From contig NC_043015.1 of assembly GCF_006345805.1 (NCBI RefSeq), positions 6,200,001 through 6,264,000 on the forward strand: a DNA stretch of 64,000 bases, in the 5' to 3' direction. The notes beneath the pieces were generated by a model. That model did not search any database. It saw nothing but the letters and a program-made list of their open reading frames with translations, and was not told where the DNA came from. This stretch comes from Octopus sinensis (Eukaryota). Each line of letters starts with the position of its first letter. The first letter of the stretch is position 1. The translations under genes and the position numbers were made by a program. Below, in pieces: positions 40,721 through 54,619 of this stretch.

Positions 40721-41895
40721 ATTAGTGTCCATATCAATAATGCATTATAGCTGTTCCATAATTAATTAGAGCTCCCATGATCATTTCATTAGCTTCTTCT
40801 CAATATCACTTCAAAATTGACCTGGTGGACGCACTTAACATAGTAAAATGTACATCCTAGTGTACAGAAATTCCATTTTCGTCCATAAAATACTGCATTT
40901 TCTGTCAATTAATAATCTTCTACAAACCTGACGGAAGATCCACAACTACACTATATTATTCTTCGAACATGGCACTAACCCATCAGCTTATACTTCCTAG
41001 AGGGTATCCCTAAAATTATCACCTGGCAAATTGGCGTAAAGGTACCAACATACAATCTCCAACTCACACATAGGATCACTAAATAAATACCATTCTTATA
41101 CTTGTGTTGATATAACATAGAATTTCTTTTCTCATTGGCTAACTTAAGGCAAAGATCCTACATAATGAAACATCACTTGATCCGGCCTAATTTCTCCAGA
41201 CATCTCAAAATATGACCTACTCAGAACACGAACAAGAACATAAAAGGTCTCATGTAAATATCGAAAAATTTGCTCTCTACCATTCAACTAATTCTGACAA
41301 TCCACTGTACGTTTGTGCAAGTATTAACAACAAGGAAATGACGTAGCAAATGCACGAAGAATGTTGGTTTATGTATTTAAAAGCTTGAATAACTTATCTT
41401 CTACTTTCATGTTCTCATAAAAACACACATACAGGCATATATCTATGCAAGTAGGGATACGCACTCACAAAAACTCATTAGAACCACCCAGCGAACATCC
41501 ACCATGGGTCATCACATTTGCTTAAGGTAAAAATGAATTCCTTGCTCTTTCGGAAACATCAATCTTCTGTATTGACCGCTTTCCACCACTTTGATCTGTT
41601 TTTTGTATTGAATACGTATCGCCACCGTGGGCCACTGCATCGAACACTTTGAACATATACTTCAAACTATATATCAACTATACATGAACTATATATCAAC
41701 TATACATGAACTCTAAGATGTCTGACTCCGTTGCGTATTATAAATGAATTTCTTGTGTTTGACGGCATGAGCTGTCTTTTTTTATATATAACTTTTTTTG
41801 ATAAAGTTCATTTCAGGAACTGAAACATGTTATAATGTATATATATAAAAATTAAAAATTGTATAATACAGCAGCATTTTCGAACTTAATTTTTT

Positions 41896-41988
<93 letters not shown>

Positions 41989-42020
41989 GTATGTATATAT
42001 ATATATTATATATATAATAT

Positions 42021-42051
<31 letters not shown>

Positions 42052-42366
42052 ATATATATATATATATATGTATGTACGTGTATCCAACTAGACACAAATA
42101 TGCAGACACGTGTATACATACAGCATAACACATAATATAATTGCTATAATTTGATATTTTGTGAAACATGGTCGCATTTTTAATTGTACCGCTGAAATAA
42201 TCTTTCGCTGAATAAAAAAAAAGAAACGAAAATATACTACACCCGTGAGCTATAAATTCTATTTTTTGCTTTTCGTCGGGGTATCTCCATAATATATGCA
42301 AATAAGCATAAGCTGCTAGGTTATAATGCAAATTATTTCTATACCAACAATATTTCTTTTGCAAAG

Positions 42367-42420
42367 CATGTGGTACAGACACGAAAACGCCTGGATACCT
42401 GCAGCATGTATACTGCAGAG
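42367..42420 (+). other. Candidate 54-nt exon
   Basis: Acceptor TATTTCTTTTGCAAAG| and strong donor GAG|GTGAGT. All three frames are open. No homolog was recognised. Confidence 0.25.
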
Positions 42421-43059
42421 GTGAGTCAATTTTTGAATTTGATTCAAAGTTCTTTTAATATAATATTGTATATTTCTGGAACGAAACAACATTTCTCTGG
42501 CACCAGAAGAATTATAAATACACCATTCTCTAAAGAAGGTAAGGACGTCGTGGGAATTCTTAACTGTACTTTTCAGAAAGATTTCAAATAGATATTTGGT
42601 GCTTGTTATTGCTATTTATCATACATTAACTTGGATTAAATAACGCATCTTAGAAAGTAAGTACTGCTAGCATCTCTCAGTGGAAGCACGGCTTATATTC
42701 TTCCTGCATATCTGAATAAATTGTGAACCTTTGCCATGACCGAATTGTATTATGTTACGACTCAAGATCTCGTTAGGAATCCCTTACTTTGAACTGAGAA
42801 TTGACCCGTATATACCCTGAAATCCGATATGCAGCAATTATAGAAAGTTTCGTAAGAGCTAAATAAGAAAATTAAATGAATCTTTAAAAATACTTTTCCT
42901 TTTCGCGTCCCCAAATTTAATTCTCCTTTGAATTAATTGGAAGTATCTAACTGCCAAGAAAGATAGATAAACAGCCAAGATATGATCTGTTTACAACAAC
43001 TAAAATAAATATAAATAACATATATGCATTGATTTTTTCATCGGTGTATTACACATGCA

Positions 43060-43368
43060 TGTGGAGGCGCAACGTCCCAGTGGTTAAGGCAGCGGACTCG
43101 CGGTCGGAAGATCGTGGTTTCGATTCCCAGACCGGGCGTTGTGTGTGTTTATTGAGTGAAAACACCTAAGAACTCCATAAGGCTCCGGCAGGGAGTGGTG
43201 GCGACCCCTGCTGTACTCTTTCGTCACAACTTTCTCTCATACTCTCTTCCTGTTTCTTGAGTAACGCTGCAATGGACTGGCGTCCCGTCCAGCTGGGGGG
43301 TACACATGCGCCACAGAAACCGGGAAACCGGGCCCATGAGCCTGGCTAGGCTTGAAAAGGATGACGTG
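43060..43368 (+). mobile_element. tRNA-derived SINE family A (H1, tail T2)
   Basis: It has the H1 head and body. The tail GTAACGCTGCAATGGACTGG..GAAACCGGGCCCATGAGCCTGGCTAGGCTTGAAAAGG is shared with 61654-61960. Confidence 0.9.
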
Positions 43369-43730
43369 TCATTTGACATGTATTATCATTTTTCTGATAT
43401 GTCTATTTGCTTTGTTTCCGCTGGCCTTCGGTTTCCTATTTTGATCGAATCTTTGGTTTGTATAACGACGCGTTCGATGTCTTCAACATGATGTTACATT
43501 CTGTTGGTGAGCTATGTTAGCGTATTGATTAGTACGCCCGTATCTTTGGTTCCTTAACTTTTTTTCCTTTAGATTGAACATATGCAATTAATATCTTTGT
43601 AATTCTAGTCAGAATTAAAGCATGGACAATGGATGTATTTTAATGATGATTTTGGCTTAAATATATCTGGATATTTTAGATTCCTTACACAATACACTAA
43701 AGGCTGGTAGGGAATTAAACTCAAAACCGA

Positions 43731-43941
43731 AGAATAAGGCCTATTCTCGAAATCAGCGTCAATGATTTCATTTTTAAGTAACATTAAAAGCTGGCCCTCA
43801 CTAGCGAGTATGGGTTCGTAAAATATATTATGATTTCGGTGCCTATGTAGTCATGAGCTGATGTAGATATACTGTCGACATGGTTCTAACAATCTGCCCG
43901 TTACAGCTAAACACACCTAAATAGGCAGCGTACCTTGGCAC
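43731..43941 (+). repeat. Unclassified interspersed repeat G, copy 2
   Basis: See 39259-39617. Confidence 0.8.
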
Positions 43942-44009
43942 TTTAAGCACTTTTGTCAAAACACTGTAGAAAAGAGTTATTTAGGTATCTTATATATTAT
44001 ATGAATTTA

Positions 44010-44302
44010 TGTGGAGGCGCAATGGCCCAATGGTTAGTGCAGCGGACACGCGATCGTAGTTTCGATTCCCAGACTGGGCGTTGTGAGTGTTTATTGAGCG
44101 AATACACCTAAAGCTCCACGAGTCTCCGGCAGGGGGTGGTGGCGACCCCTGCTGTACTCTACCACCACAACTTTCACTCTTTCTTCTGTTGACCTGTTTG
44201 TTTAGCCAGCGGGGTGGTGGCATTTGAAGGCTAAAACAATGCGAAGCGCATTGTGACCAGCGATGTGTAGTAATATCTGATGGTCACGGTGATCATCGTG
44301 AT
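44010..44302 (+). mobile_element. tRNA-derived SINE family A (H1, tail T3)
   Basis: H1 head and body followed by a different tail (GACCTGTTTGTTTAGCCAGCGGGGTGG..GTGACCAGCGATGTGTAG..GTCACGGTGAT). Confidence 0.85.
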
Positions 44303-45230
44303 AAGAATGTATACTTATTCTGTCAGGAGATATTCTGATCATAAAATAATATTTTTTGTAAGCCATTTTACACTATGACTGCTGCCATATGGTAATACCC
44401 AAACATTTTATTATACAAAACATTATCTTTAAAGTCTCTTTTTTTACATCCCTCTCGATATATAATATGTGAGATGTATATTGTGAGTCAGTGCTGTAAG
44501 GGAATAATTTGCACATAATATTGTATACGTAGATAAACTAAAAACATAGGAATAAACCAACACACATATTGAATTTGCGGTATGATCTCTGGAAAATATT
44601 GAATATCGACAGATATTTATAGAACGACTAGTAGAGAATTTAAGGTCATGTTGTCAAAGATACAACGCAAGAAACTCAATCGTTTTCCAGTTATGTTTTG
44701 ACATATAAGTAATACAATTACCTTTGGTACTTTGCAAGATAGCTATTTCATTTGAGTTTTTAGTTTTGTCGCCATATATATTTCACTTTATTTCTCTTTC
44801 TTAATAGACTGTCTATATTTAGACAACCATATTTGAGAATAGCAACAATGAGTCGTAATTTGATAAAATATCTACGCTTACACAGAGAAGTGCACATATA
44901 TTAGTGAATGCACGTATATATATATGTGTGTGTGAGTGTGTGTATTTATGAATGGTGTATGAATGTATGTATCTATGTCTGCGAATATATATACATAGGC
45001 ACACACATGCACATGTACTCACTTAGACACACATATACATATTGCAAGAACCTATATAAACGTTCAACAAACGTTTAATTTAACCAAATATGTACAAGCT
45101 ACAAATAGCAAAAGAAACACAATTTTAACTGCACACAATGCACTATGTATTTATATATACATACATGTGTATGTATGTGCGTGCTCGTAAGCATCATTCC
45201 TAGTTAAAGAAACCTATAACCCAAAGTTGT

Positions 45231-45279
<49 letters not shown>

Positions 45280-45547
45280 CGTGTATGTGTGTGTGTGTTT
45301 GTGTATATGCTTGTATGGGTATGTAACTGATTGTGTGTTGTGTATATGTGCACTTATGACCATCCATTTATCTAGGTACATGAATATTAACGCGCATACG
45401 TACGCACCTAGGATAATTTATGTAACTATGGTCAGCTATATCATGTCTAGATATGCAATTATATGCATAAGACATACATGAAACAAAACATACAAATCTG
45501 CACGCATACATACATACATACATACATACATACATACATACAAATGT

Positions 45548-45641
45548 ACCCCATTGATGATGTTGAAATTCAGATGAAGGTGCCTTGGATGTGGATTAGA
45601 AACCGGCTCTTTCTCTATTGGTAAGAAATCTTGAAATATAA
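45548..45641 (+). repeat. Interspersed repeat family D, copy 2 (decayed hammerhead-like CAGATGA..GAAACCGG)
   Basis: Homologue of 31805-31897. Confidence 0.75.
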
Positions 45642-48104
45642 CCGAGCAATGGCATACATGCATGTTACTATGCATTTTTGCCTTTCTATTGAAAACTTGC
45701 TAACAAGCCACGCTTATTTATAATTTTCACTTTTACCATTTATGAAATCAACGTATGATATCTACAGTGATCTTATAAGCAGATAAGGCGAGTTAAATGT
45801 AACCCTAGTTGCGGGTAAGAGCCACTGACGAATATTAATATAAATGCAGGTGTTGGTGGAACTTGCCTCCCTTGTCATTTATTAAGATAGTGTTTATCGT
45901 GGCTCTGAGTTGTTTTGACTCTTATTTCTAGCAATACTGCTGCTGAATAGTGCCTTTAGTCGCTTTAGTGGCGTGTATATCTTTGCGTTTCAGTTGAAAA
46001 ATTGTTAACAAGCTACCCTTAAAAAGCATCGAGATATCCTTCAATTTAATGCAGTATATGTGTAACTGTCTCTCTGTCTGTCTCTCTGTCTGTCTGTATG
46101 TATGTATGTTTGTATGTATATACGACTTCCCGTTCTGTTCTCAATACCTTGTGGCTCCCAAAGCTATCCCAAAGAAAATCTGCCTATCGTACAGTCACAT
46201 GGGTGCGTAGAGGTCTTTTGAATCGTGAAGCTGGCCTAAATCCTCAACCCTCGTACTTTTTACTTGGATGAATACAGCACGAAATCACATCTGTGCTATA
46301 CGATTATAGGAAGGCATCGTATGCGTCAATGTTGTTTGTTGAAAATTCTCTTTTAATCTATTATACGTTTTATTTTTCCCCCATTACTTATCGCACTTGT
46401 GGTACGTCAAGCTTCGCGAGAATATAATAAGCATCAGTAAATTGTCTGAATTCATGCGAGTAACACGTTTATTCTGGCTGAGTGAATGATGAATAGATAT
46501 GAACGTGCTTTTTGTTTGTCTACTTCATTTTGTTTTAAGCAATTAATATTGCCTTGGAAACTTCTTTAGAAACATCCTTTCTCAAATCGTTGTAATAGAT
46601 TGATTCACCTCGACCTAGTTTACATCATAATGAGTTCGCTTTTTAGGTGAGATTAACACAAAACAAATTCCAATCTATAGAGTTGTTAATTAGCATGGAT
46701 TACTAAAAAAAATCATTTATACTCTTATTATTAATTTCCGTTTTCTTCATAATTAATGAGTTTCGCTGCTGTTTTAGTAGTCTTAGACAACGTGGAATGG
46801 AGTAGAGTAAGGATATGGTGAAACCTTAGAAATACATTTAAGTATATGCATACATATATACACGTATATATACATATATAATTATATATATTTATACATA
46901 CACACACATATATTTATGTACAAATACGTACATATGCATATGTAAATGTGCATGTGTGTGTTTGTAAGTGTATATTTATGTATATATACATATGTACGCA
47001 TGTGTATGGTCTCCTCATTGATGAACACTCGACAAGTTAAGATAGCAGCGACTCATCTCCCGTTAGCGATGGAAATATTCCCTAGAAACCCAGAAGTGAA
47101 AGTCTTGCTCTCTATATAGTAAATATAGTTTGGAGCTGATATGTGATGAAGATACGTAGGTTTCAAAAGATTGTATACCAGTATGGAATTGGGAAGGGAT
47201 CCCTAACATTGCAAATAGACTATTTTATCTATAATAATAAATGTCAAATTTTTGCGTTTGAGAATTTGTTACTTTAACCCCTCCGAGACTATCCAAAAGA
47301 CCTTGATGAAACATGACACGTGTGGGGGGCTTATGCCCATGCGATCACTTACGCACTTGGAATTTTTAAAAAATCGATTTTTAATCAGCATCGATTTTTC
47401 AAAAACCTCGGAATTTTTCGCGCTAGCCATCGTGACATCAGTTTCATGAGAAATGCGGAATTTTGACGAAAATATTTCATAGGTAGAACAAACAGCTTAT
47501 GAACGGAAACTTATTTAGGATTTGCTAATTCTTCATTTCAATGCGAATTGTTTTGATTTGCTAAAACTTATTATTTCAATTCGTTGTTTTAATTCCACAG
47601 CGTTTCAGGTTTTGATTAGGTAAGAGTATTTTATTTCTCAAGCAAGATTTAGGCATCTTGTTCACTAGCCGTCGTAACATTACTTTCACGAAATCTGCCC
47701 GAAAGCGTAAAAGTTCGCCATTTTACGCACATGTAAAAAATTACGACGACACGAGTTCGCAACAAGACTCTGCTTATTTTTTCGTCAAATTGGTCATACT
47801 CGTCAATATAGATTTTAAATTTTTGAAAAATTTCGAAATTTGACGAAAAATGTTTCATTGCAATAAACAGATATCTTATTAACGGTAATTTATTACCGGG
47901 TACATCAGCTAGTTAATAAATATATACCCCCATACCATTTATTAGATCCTCTCCTCAATGAGCTTTCTTGATTTGTTTAAGCTTTCGCTTGTTATCACCC
48001 TGCTAGCTAGGCAGGTGGGCAGTCCAGTATTCCCCTGCCATTACGTTGTATGAGAGACAATAGATGACGACCTGCTGAAAACACCGTACCAGCGGTCTGG
48101 GAAA

Positions 48105-48514
48105 TCTTTATATATAAAAGTGAGGTTGTGTGTCTGTCTCCTACGATTTAGATTCCTAACTACTCCCACATTTTGCGGTGCAGTGTAACCAAAAGCGGGT
48201 ATCTTATAGTCGTGATTCATATCGAGCCCTTCTGGGTATTAGCGCGCGTCTACAATGAGTCTGCGATTAAAAAAAGAAATTACCATCATTTTTTTCCATT
48301 TTAATGCATTTTTTCGTTATTATATAAGGGACGTAACTCTCTAAACATGTCTACAAAATGTCTACGATGAGTCAACAATTTAAAAAAAAATTTACCATAA
48401 TTTTTTTTTCCATTTTTAATGCATTTTTTGCTATTTTTTTGGCTATAACTCTCTAAAAATGCTTATATAATTATTTCCCTTACAAACCCGAGCAACGCCG
48501 GGCGATACTGCTAG
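48105..48514 (+). mobile_element. Non-autonomous Helitron
   Basis: 5' A|TC (TCTTTATATATAAAAG), subterminal GC hairpin CCCG(A)GC-AAC-GCCGGG at 48487-48502, and 3' CTAG|T at 48511-48515. There is no TSD. Confidence 0.9.
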
Positions 48515-48843
48515 TCTGCCATACAAGTAAAACAATTTTTTGTTTTAAATTTGACCATTGAAGCAATTATAATTAATGGAAACAGATTATCTGAAATAAT
48601 GGTGAAATGTCGATATCTGCCGTTCTGATTCACCTCACTTGGGGCGGAAATGAGTTTCGTTCCGGAGCATAATGCGTCGTTTTTTTTTGTTATTTTCTTA
48701 GCACTATATTTCTTTAAGGGAGCACTCCTTGAACAAAATACCACGTCAAAAAAGCCTTTAAAAACACACATCGATAATATTTACATTACATAGCTGCATC
48801 TAACACAAAATTTAACAGCATACAAAGATACACACTCACATGT

Positions 48844-48888
<45 letters not shown>

Positions 48889-49119
48889 TATATATATATG
48901 TGTGTGATTATTATGTATACACACGTGCGCGCATGTATTTATATATATAAATATATATAGATATACATATATATACACATATATATATCTATATTAGTAT
49001 ACTTATATATATTTATATCGATGTATATATATATATATTATATATATATATATATATATTGATAGATAGGTACATACAACGTACATATACACGTACATAC
49101 GTGTATATATATATGTATT

Positions 49120-49156
<37 letters not shown>

Positions 49157-49789
49157 TAAATATTACATATGCACGTAACTATATGTGTGTATGTGCATGT
49201 GTGTCTACGTGTGTTTGTATGTGACTGTGTGTGTCTGTGTCTGTGTGTTTCGAAGAACTTATGTGTTTTCTGTATATCACGGAACATTTACTTCAATACT
49301 CTTTGATACAGATTCATACTGCAGCCCATATGGTTGAGAAGCGATGACAACATTGAAATGTTCGGTTTCAATGGAAGCGCAGCATGTGATGCTAGTAAAG
49401 TTGAAAATGTAATATATTAATATATTCAATGGAGAGGTAAATATACATACCATTTCGAAACTGGTTCGTTGTCGAGGAAATCAATTTCAAAAGATGCATT
49501 TACGTACGTACATGTCTTGCATGCTTGCAGTAAAGAAAGAAATTCGAAGCAGAAACACGTTGACCACTTACCTACAAAATTGAAATAAATAAGCTTTTAA
49601 GAATGTTTCTGAAATTGGTATAATTTGTTACGTTCTATTATTATTTATTTTGGTATTTTTAATGTATTTTATCTGATTCGTTGCAAAACGTATGCTATTA
49701 CTCTCGATAGAAACAGCATAAAACTTAAGAAAAGAGAAAAAGACAGGAGAGAGAAAGCGAGAGAAGGACAGAAAGTAGATTAGTGAATC

Positions 49790-49790
49790 T

Positions 49791-49860
<70 letters not shown>

Positions 49861-49904
49861 CATAAGTATATTACTATATAAGTATATATATATGTATATA
49901 TATG

Positions 49905-49968
<64 letters not shown>

Positions 49969-50041
49969 ATATACATATATATATATACATATACATATAT
50001 ATATATATATATATGTACATATATATATATATATATTGTAC

Positions 50042-50118
<77 letters not shown>

Positions 50119-50220
50119 CTATCTATATAATATATGTGCATATATATATATATATTATATCATGCATACATACAGATACATAGGTAGACAATATATATAA
50201 TATATATATATATGTATGTA
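49790..50220. repeat. Long (TA)n-rich array
   Basis: Direct reading of the sequence. Confidence 0.95.
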
Positions 50221-51254
50221 TATTCACTTAAGGAAATGCAATGGGGAATGTGTAAATGCAATTTCTGAATTAAAGGGAAAATTATACATCTGTATTTAAG
50301 TGTAGAAATGTGTAGGAAACGTAGCAAATATACAAAAGACAGAATAAGCATTAAAGTTGGTGACGTAATATGATGGATATCATGTGGTGTTTTTTGTGGA
50401 GATTCTTATTCTATATAGGTACTCTGAAGGATGAAAGACGAGTATACTTCTTTTACAAATACAATAATTGTAATAGAATATACAGAAATAAGTGTGTGAA
50501 GCTACATATGTATGCGTGTTTTTGTGTTCTCGAGTGCGTTTATGTGTGTGTGTGTGTGTAAGTGTATGTGTGTTTGTGTACAGATATTCATATATAAATC
50601 TACGAGAGTTAATACGTAGAAACTTAAATACATACAAGCCTAGATACATCGTCATTATATTATGTTGCTTATTCGCACTATTTCTTTAAGTGTTTGTTTA
50701 TGTTCAATCATAAATGCCTATGTGATTTACTAAAATAAATATGCATTAATATTAATTAGTTTAGTAACATTAACCAAACACATTTTATCATTTTACATTG
50801 CCAAATTTTACATCATAACTTTATGTTTGGTGTTTCAAAATTAATATTTTTGAGAAATAATTTTTTCAAATTCAATATTTATGTAAATTTCTGGTTATTG
50901 GTATTACCATCTTGTATTTTCTCAGGGAATTTTAACATGTTTGTATTAATTTACAAAATAAAGCAATGAATATCACTGATAATGGTTTTCTTTCCTGCAG
51001 TTATGTCTTTTAATTATATAAACACATTCTTAACGTTCGGAATTAGAAACCTGTCGCAAATGGACAGTGTCTTTTATTTTCGTATGAACGAAGAAATAGA
51101 TTATAATTATGTGCCAGTGGCGATTATATTAATTGTTTCCAGAAACCAGAATCCTTAGTGCAAAGTTACAGTTCAATATCTAAGAAAGAAAAATGTCCTT
51201 AAAGCTCGTTAATATTATATACAACATTTACATATCTTTGATATGGTTTTCCCC

Positions 51255-51603
51255 TTTAATACTGGGTTCAAATGGTGAAACAAGGCCGGCAGTTTAGCGT
51301 GTGGTTGCAGTGCTAAGTCGAATAAATCGATACCAGTGTACACCTGGTACTTTATATCCCGTGAAAGGATAAAATGCAAAGTCGACCTCGGACGAATTTC
51401 AACTCAGAACGTAGCGGCATACGAAATACCTGTTTCTTTACTACTCACAAGGGGCTAAACACAGAGAGGACAAACAGGGAAAGACAAACGGATTAAGTCG
51501 ATTATATCGACCCCAGGGCGTAACTGGTACTTATTTAATCGACCCCGAAAGGAAGAAAGGCAAAGTCGACCTCGGCAGAATTTGAACTCAGAACGTGGCG
51601 GCA
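51255..51603 (-). mobile_element. Dimeric SINE family B, 5'-truncated
   Basis: Two tandem AAAGTCGACCTCGG..AACTCAGAACGT units with a linker homologous to 27999-28231. Confidence 0.85.
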
Positions 51604-54307
51604 AGCATTAATCAATAGCGACGTAAACAGAACAATATGATCCCGGAATCATATGGCTTGGCATCAAACTTCCTATCACAAACTGATAAGTTAGAAATAT
51701 AGAAGCATAGACAAAGGAATGGTTAATGGATTATGTTTACTTGTACTTTTAATATAATTGCTTTTATGTTAGTCAATAAAGGTGAAAGAAGCTTCTTACA
51801 TTTGTAAATATTTCCACACTGATTATGTGAATACCATTGCCACTATTATTTAATGCGGTGAGAGAACTAGAACATTTGTTCGACATTTCGGAATAGCATG
51901 AATTCTGCTAAAGGAACCCAATTTCTTAAATCGAGCGGCGTTTTAGGAATACCCCACCACTACCACCACCACCAAGAGAGAAGTGCGGAAAGGGGAGAAT
52001 ACTGAAAATTTAGTACGAACACTTGAAAATTACGTTTGCAGGAAATATAAGCGCGCTTACAAGAGCTTATCACGTCACGAAAGTGCAACTCATGCGGGTA
52101 TTTAATCTCAGCACTGACATTTAATAAAACACCTTGTACAAAATATAGCATGTTCTGACGTTTACTGTTGAACGTTTTACCTCCCACGATATCTCACTTT
52201 CAAGCAGGTAAAACTAGCTGCTAATTTTGTAGATAGTATCTTATTGTGTTAATGACAAGATGCTTATCTCAATCTCTGAGCCTGCCTATCTCTATCTAAA
52301 TACAACAGGTTGTACAATCTACTTCTCTAATCTGAAGAAACAACTCTGTTATCAAATCGCGCTTCGAGGTGAAGTTGGGAAAAGCATTCAGTGTAGACCA
52401 AGGTAACTAAGATACGGTTCAAGAAAGAATCCAGCCAAGTATCCTAAGCATCCCCAGAGAGAGCCTATACTTGGTGGGCCATCCTATTTGAGAGCGAAAG
52501 AGAAAAAGAGGAAAAATAGGGGGAGAGGGAGAGAGCAATGGAATCCATGTCTGGTTGCACTTTACTGATGTGGGAAATTGCCGTATATCATAGGCAATAT
52601 TGAATTACAAATATTATATCTTTGAAAACTAAATTTGGATGCTCACAGCTGGAATACATTTGATCATAGGTTTGCTTCTTCAGGAATGACTTGAGTCTAG
52701 ACAAAATAACGATGATGCCAAAGGAAATGAGAGCAGCTAGCGGACAAAAATATGTGGTAATATGTCAACCACCTAAAACTGTTGAAACTGGTATTGAATA
52801 TTTTACTACTCAGGAAATTAAAATTTGTCAAAGTGGGTTTAAAACCCGAAGCGGAAAAGATTAAAGTAAATGAAATTATAAATACTGTCCACAATTAAAA
52901 ATTTCCCTTTACTTATAGATTCAATAATATAAATACGGTTTAAATTAGAAGTCTTGTTCTACAATTCCTATTTCTAAAGAAAATTTTATCGTAACAGTAA
53001 AAATCAGGCTATACGATTGTTTTTGGAAACAAATTAAAGTTAGATTTGAAACATAGTGTTTATGATATACAGTCATTGGTTTATACTTTAAACAACGAAT
53101 AAAAAGGAACAGAATTATTTTTCAAACTACAATATGGACAATCTGGAATCAAATCATGATGTTGAGAGGTTTGAATTAGAACTGAATTGATGTAGAAAGC
53201 TTACTACGAAAGGAATGCACATTGAATTAACTAAACACCATTCTGAAATAGAAAACTGATAATTCGGTTAACAAAAATAAAATCTATTTATTCCATATCT
53301 GTTCTTTTCTTTTTTTTTTCTGTTCTGGCTGATGCTCAGACCAGGTGAGATCATGAGCAGACTATTATCAGACATCAGTGTCTTATCTAATTTTCTGATC
53401 ATGTATGTAGAACGATGTTATTTAATATGCCTCTTCTTGTTTATACACACTTCTTTATTTTTTATTTTGCCTTCAACATTTACTGCTTTATGAAAGGCGT
53501 AAATACTAATTATATATTGGAAACAAGTTGGTAAGCAAATACATTGAAAACTAGTTGGTAAGCAAATGATGGTAAATAGACTTCACGATTTCACTATGAT
53601 CCAGATTGTGGCCCAAACCAAGAAATTGGTAAATCATAGTATTTACTTATTGTGGAAAACAATTGCTCAATATCCTAAACAGTTGAAGAGAATAGAAAAC
53701 CAGAAAGTTTCTGTCGCAAACCTCTCGTCCGTTATTACCGTGTATTAGTATTCACGATAGATTATCCAAAAGGGCTCCAAAATCCATAAATAAATAAAGG
53801 CATCGAGAAGATTTCTGTGCTAAATTAACAGTAATTATACTAAGATGCAAAGGCATATTTGCCTGGTTAAGACTGCCGCATAGTTAATATCACGTAAATG
53901 AATATAGAAAGAGATCGGATTTATCATCACATGTGTACACTTGTATAGTCTCTATATTCAGCGATATGAAATGAAGAATTGAATCGATATATGTATTCCC
54001 CTTTATGCAGTCTTGATAATACACGCAGCTGTTTTGAAGGATATTGTGTCAAAATAGTGAAGGAACGGAATTATTTTTCAAAATATAATATCGAATATAA
54101 TCCTGTAGTCATATCCGCAATAAATAATATATTTCAGATTGAATATATATAATAACATTAAGTTTAAACTGGGACTTGTTTGCATTGAAGTAGCTTTAAG
54201 GAATATAAAATCCATTTAGAGAATATTTCATTCTTGAAAACATATATTCTTAAAGATGGTTATATATACAAACACTCCGAAAGACATAAAGACTTGTATA
54301 TATATTA

Positions 54308-54349
<42 letters not shown>

Positions 54350-54522
54350 ATATATATATAAGCTCACTCACCACACACGCACAGACACACAAACATACAC
54401 ATATATCTCGATCTATATCATCTTGAAAGTAACTTATAAACATCTAATTATTAAAGTAGAAACATAATCAGAAAGTTAATTTCTCTCTCTCTCCCTCTCT
54501 CTCCCTCTCTCTCCCTCTATCC

Positions 54523-54604
<82 letters not shown>

Positions 54605-54619
54605 TATATATTATATATA

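Noticed and set aside
43060-43135. tRNA-like sequence with A and B boxes (also at 9346, 21110, 24750, 44010, 61890)
   Set aside because: These are SINE heads. They lack a proper acceptor stem and terminator and run directly into the SINE body, so they are not tRNA genes.
47062-47096. TTAGCGA-TGGAAATATTCCCTA-GAAACCCAG, resembling a PLE hammerhead relic
   Set aside because: Multiple core mismatches and no second copy in the window to reconstruct from.
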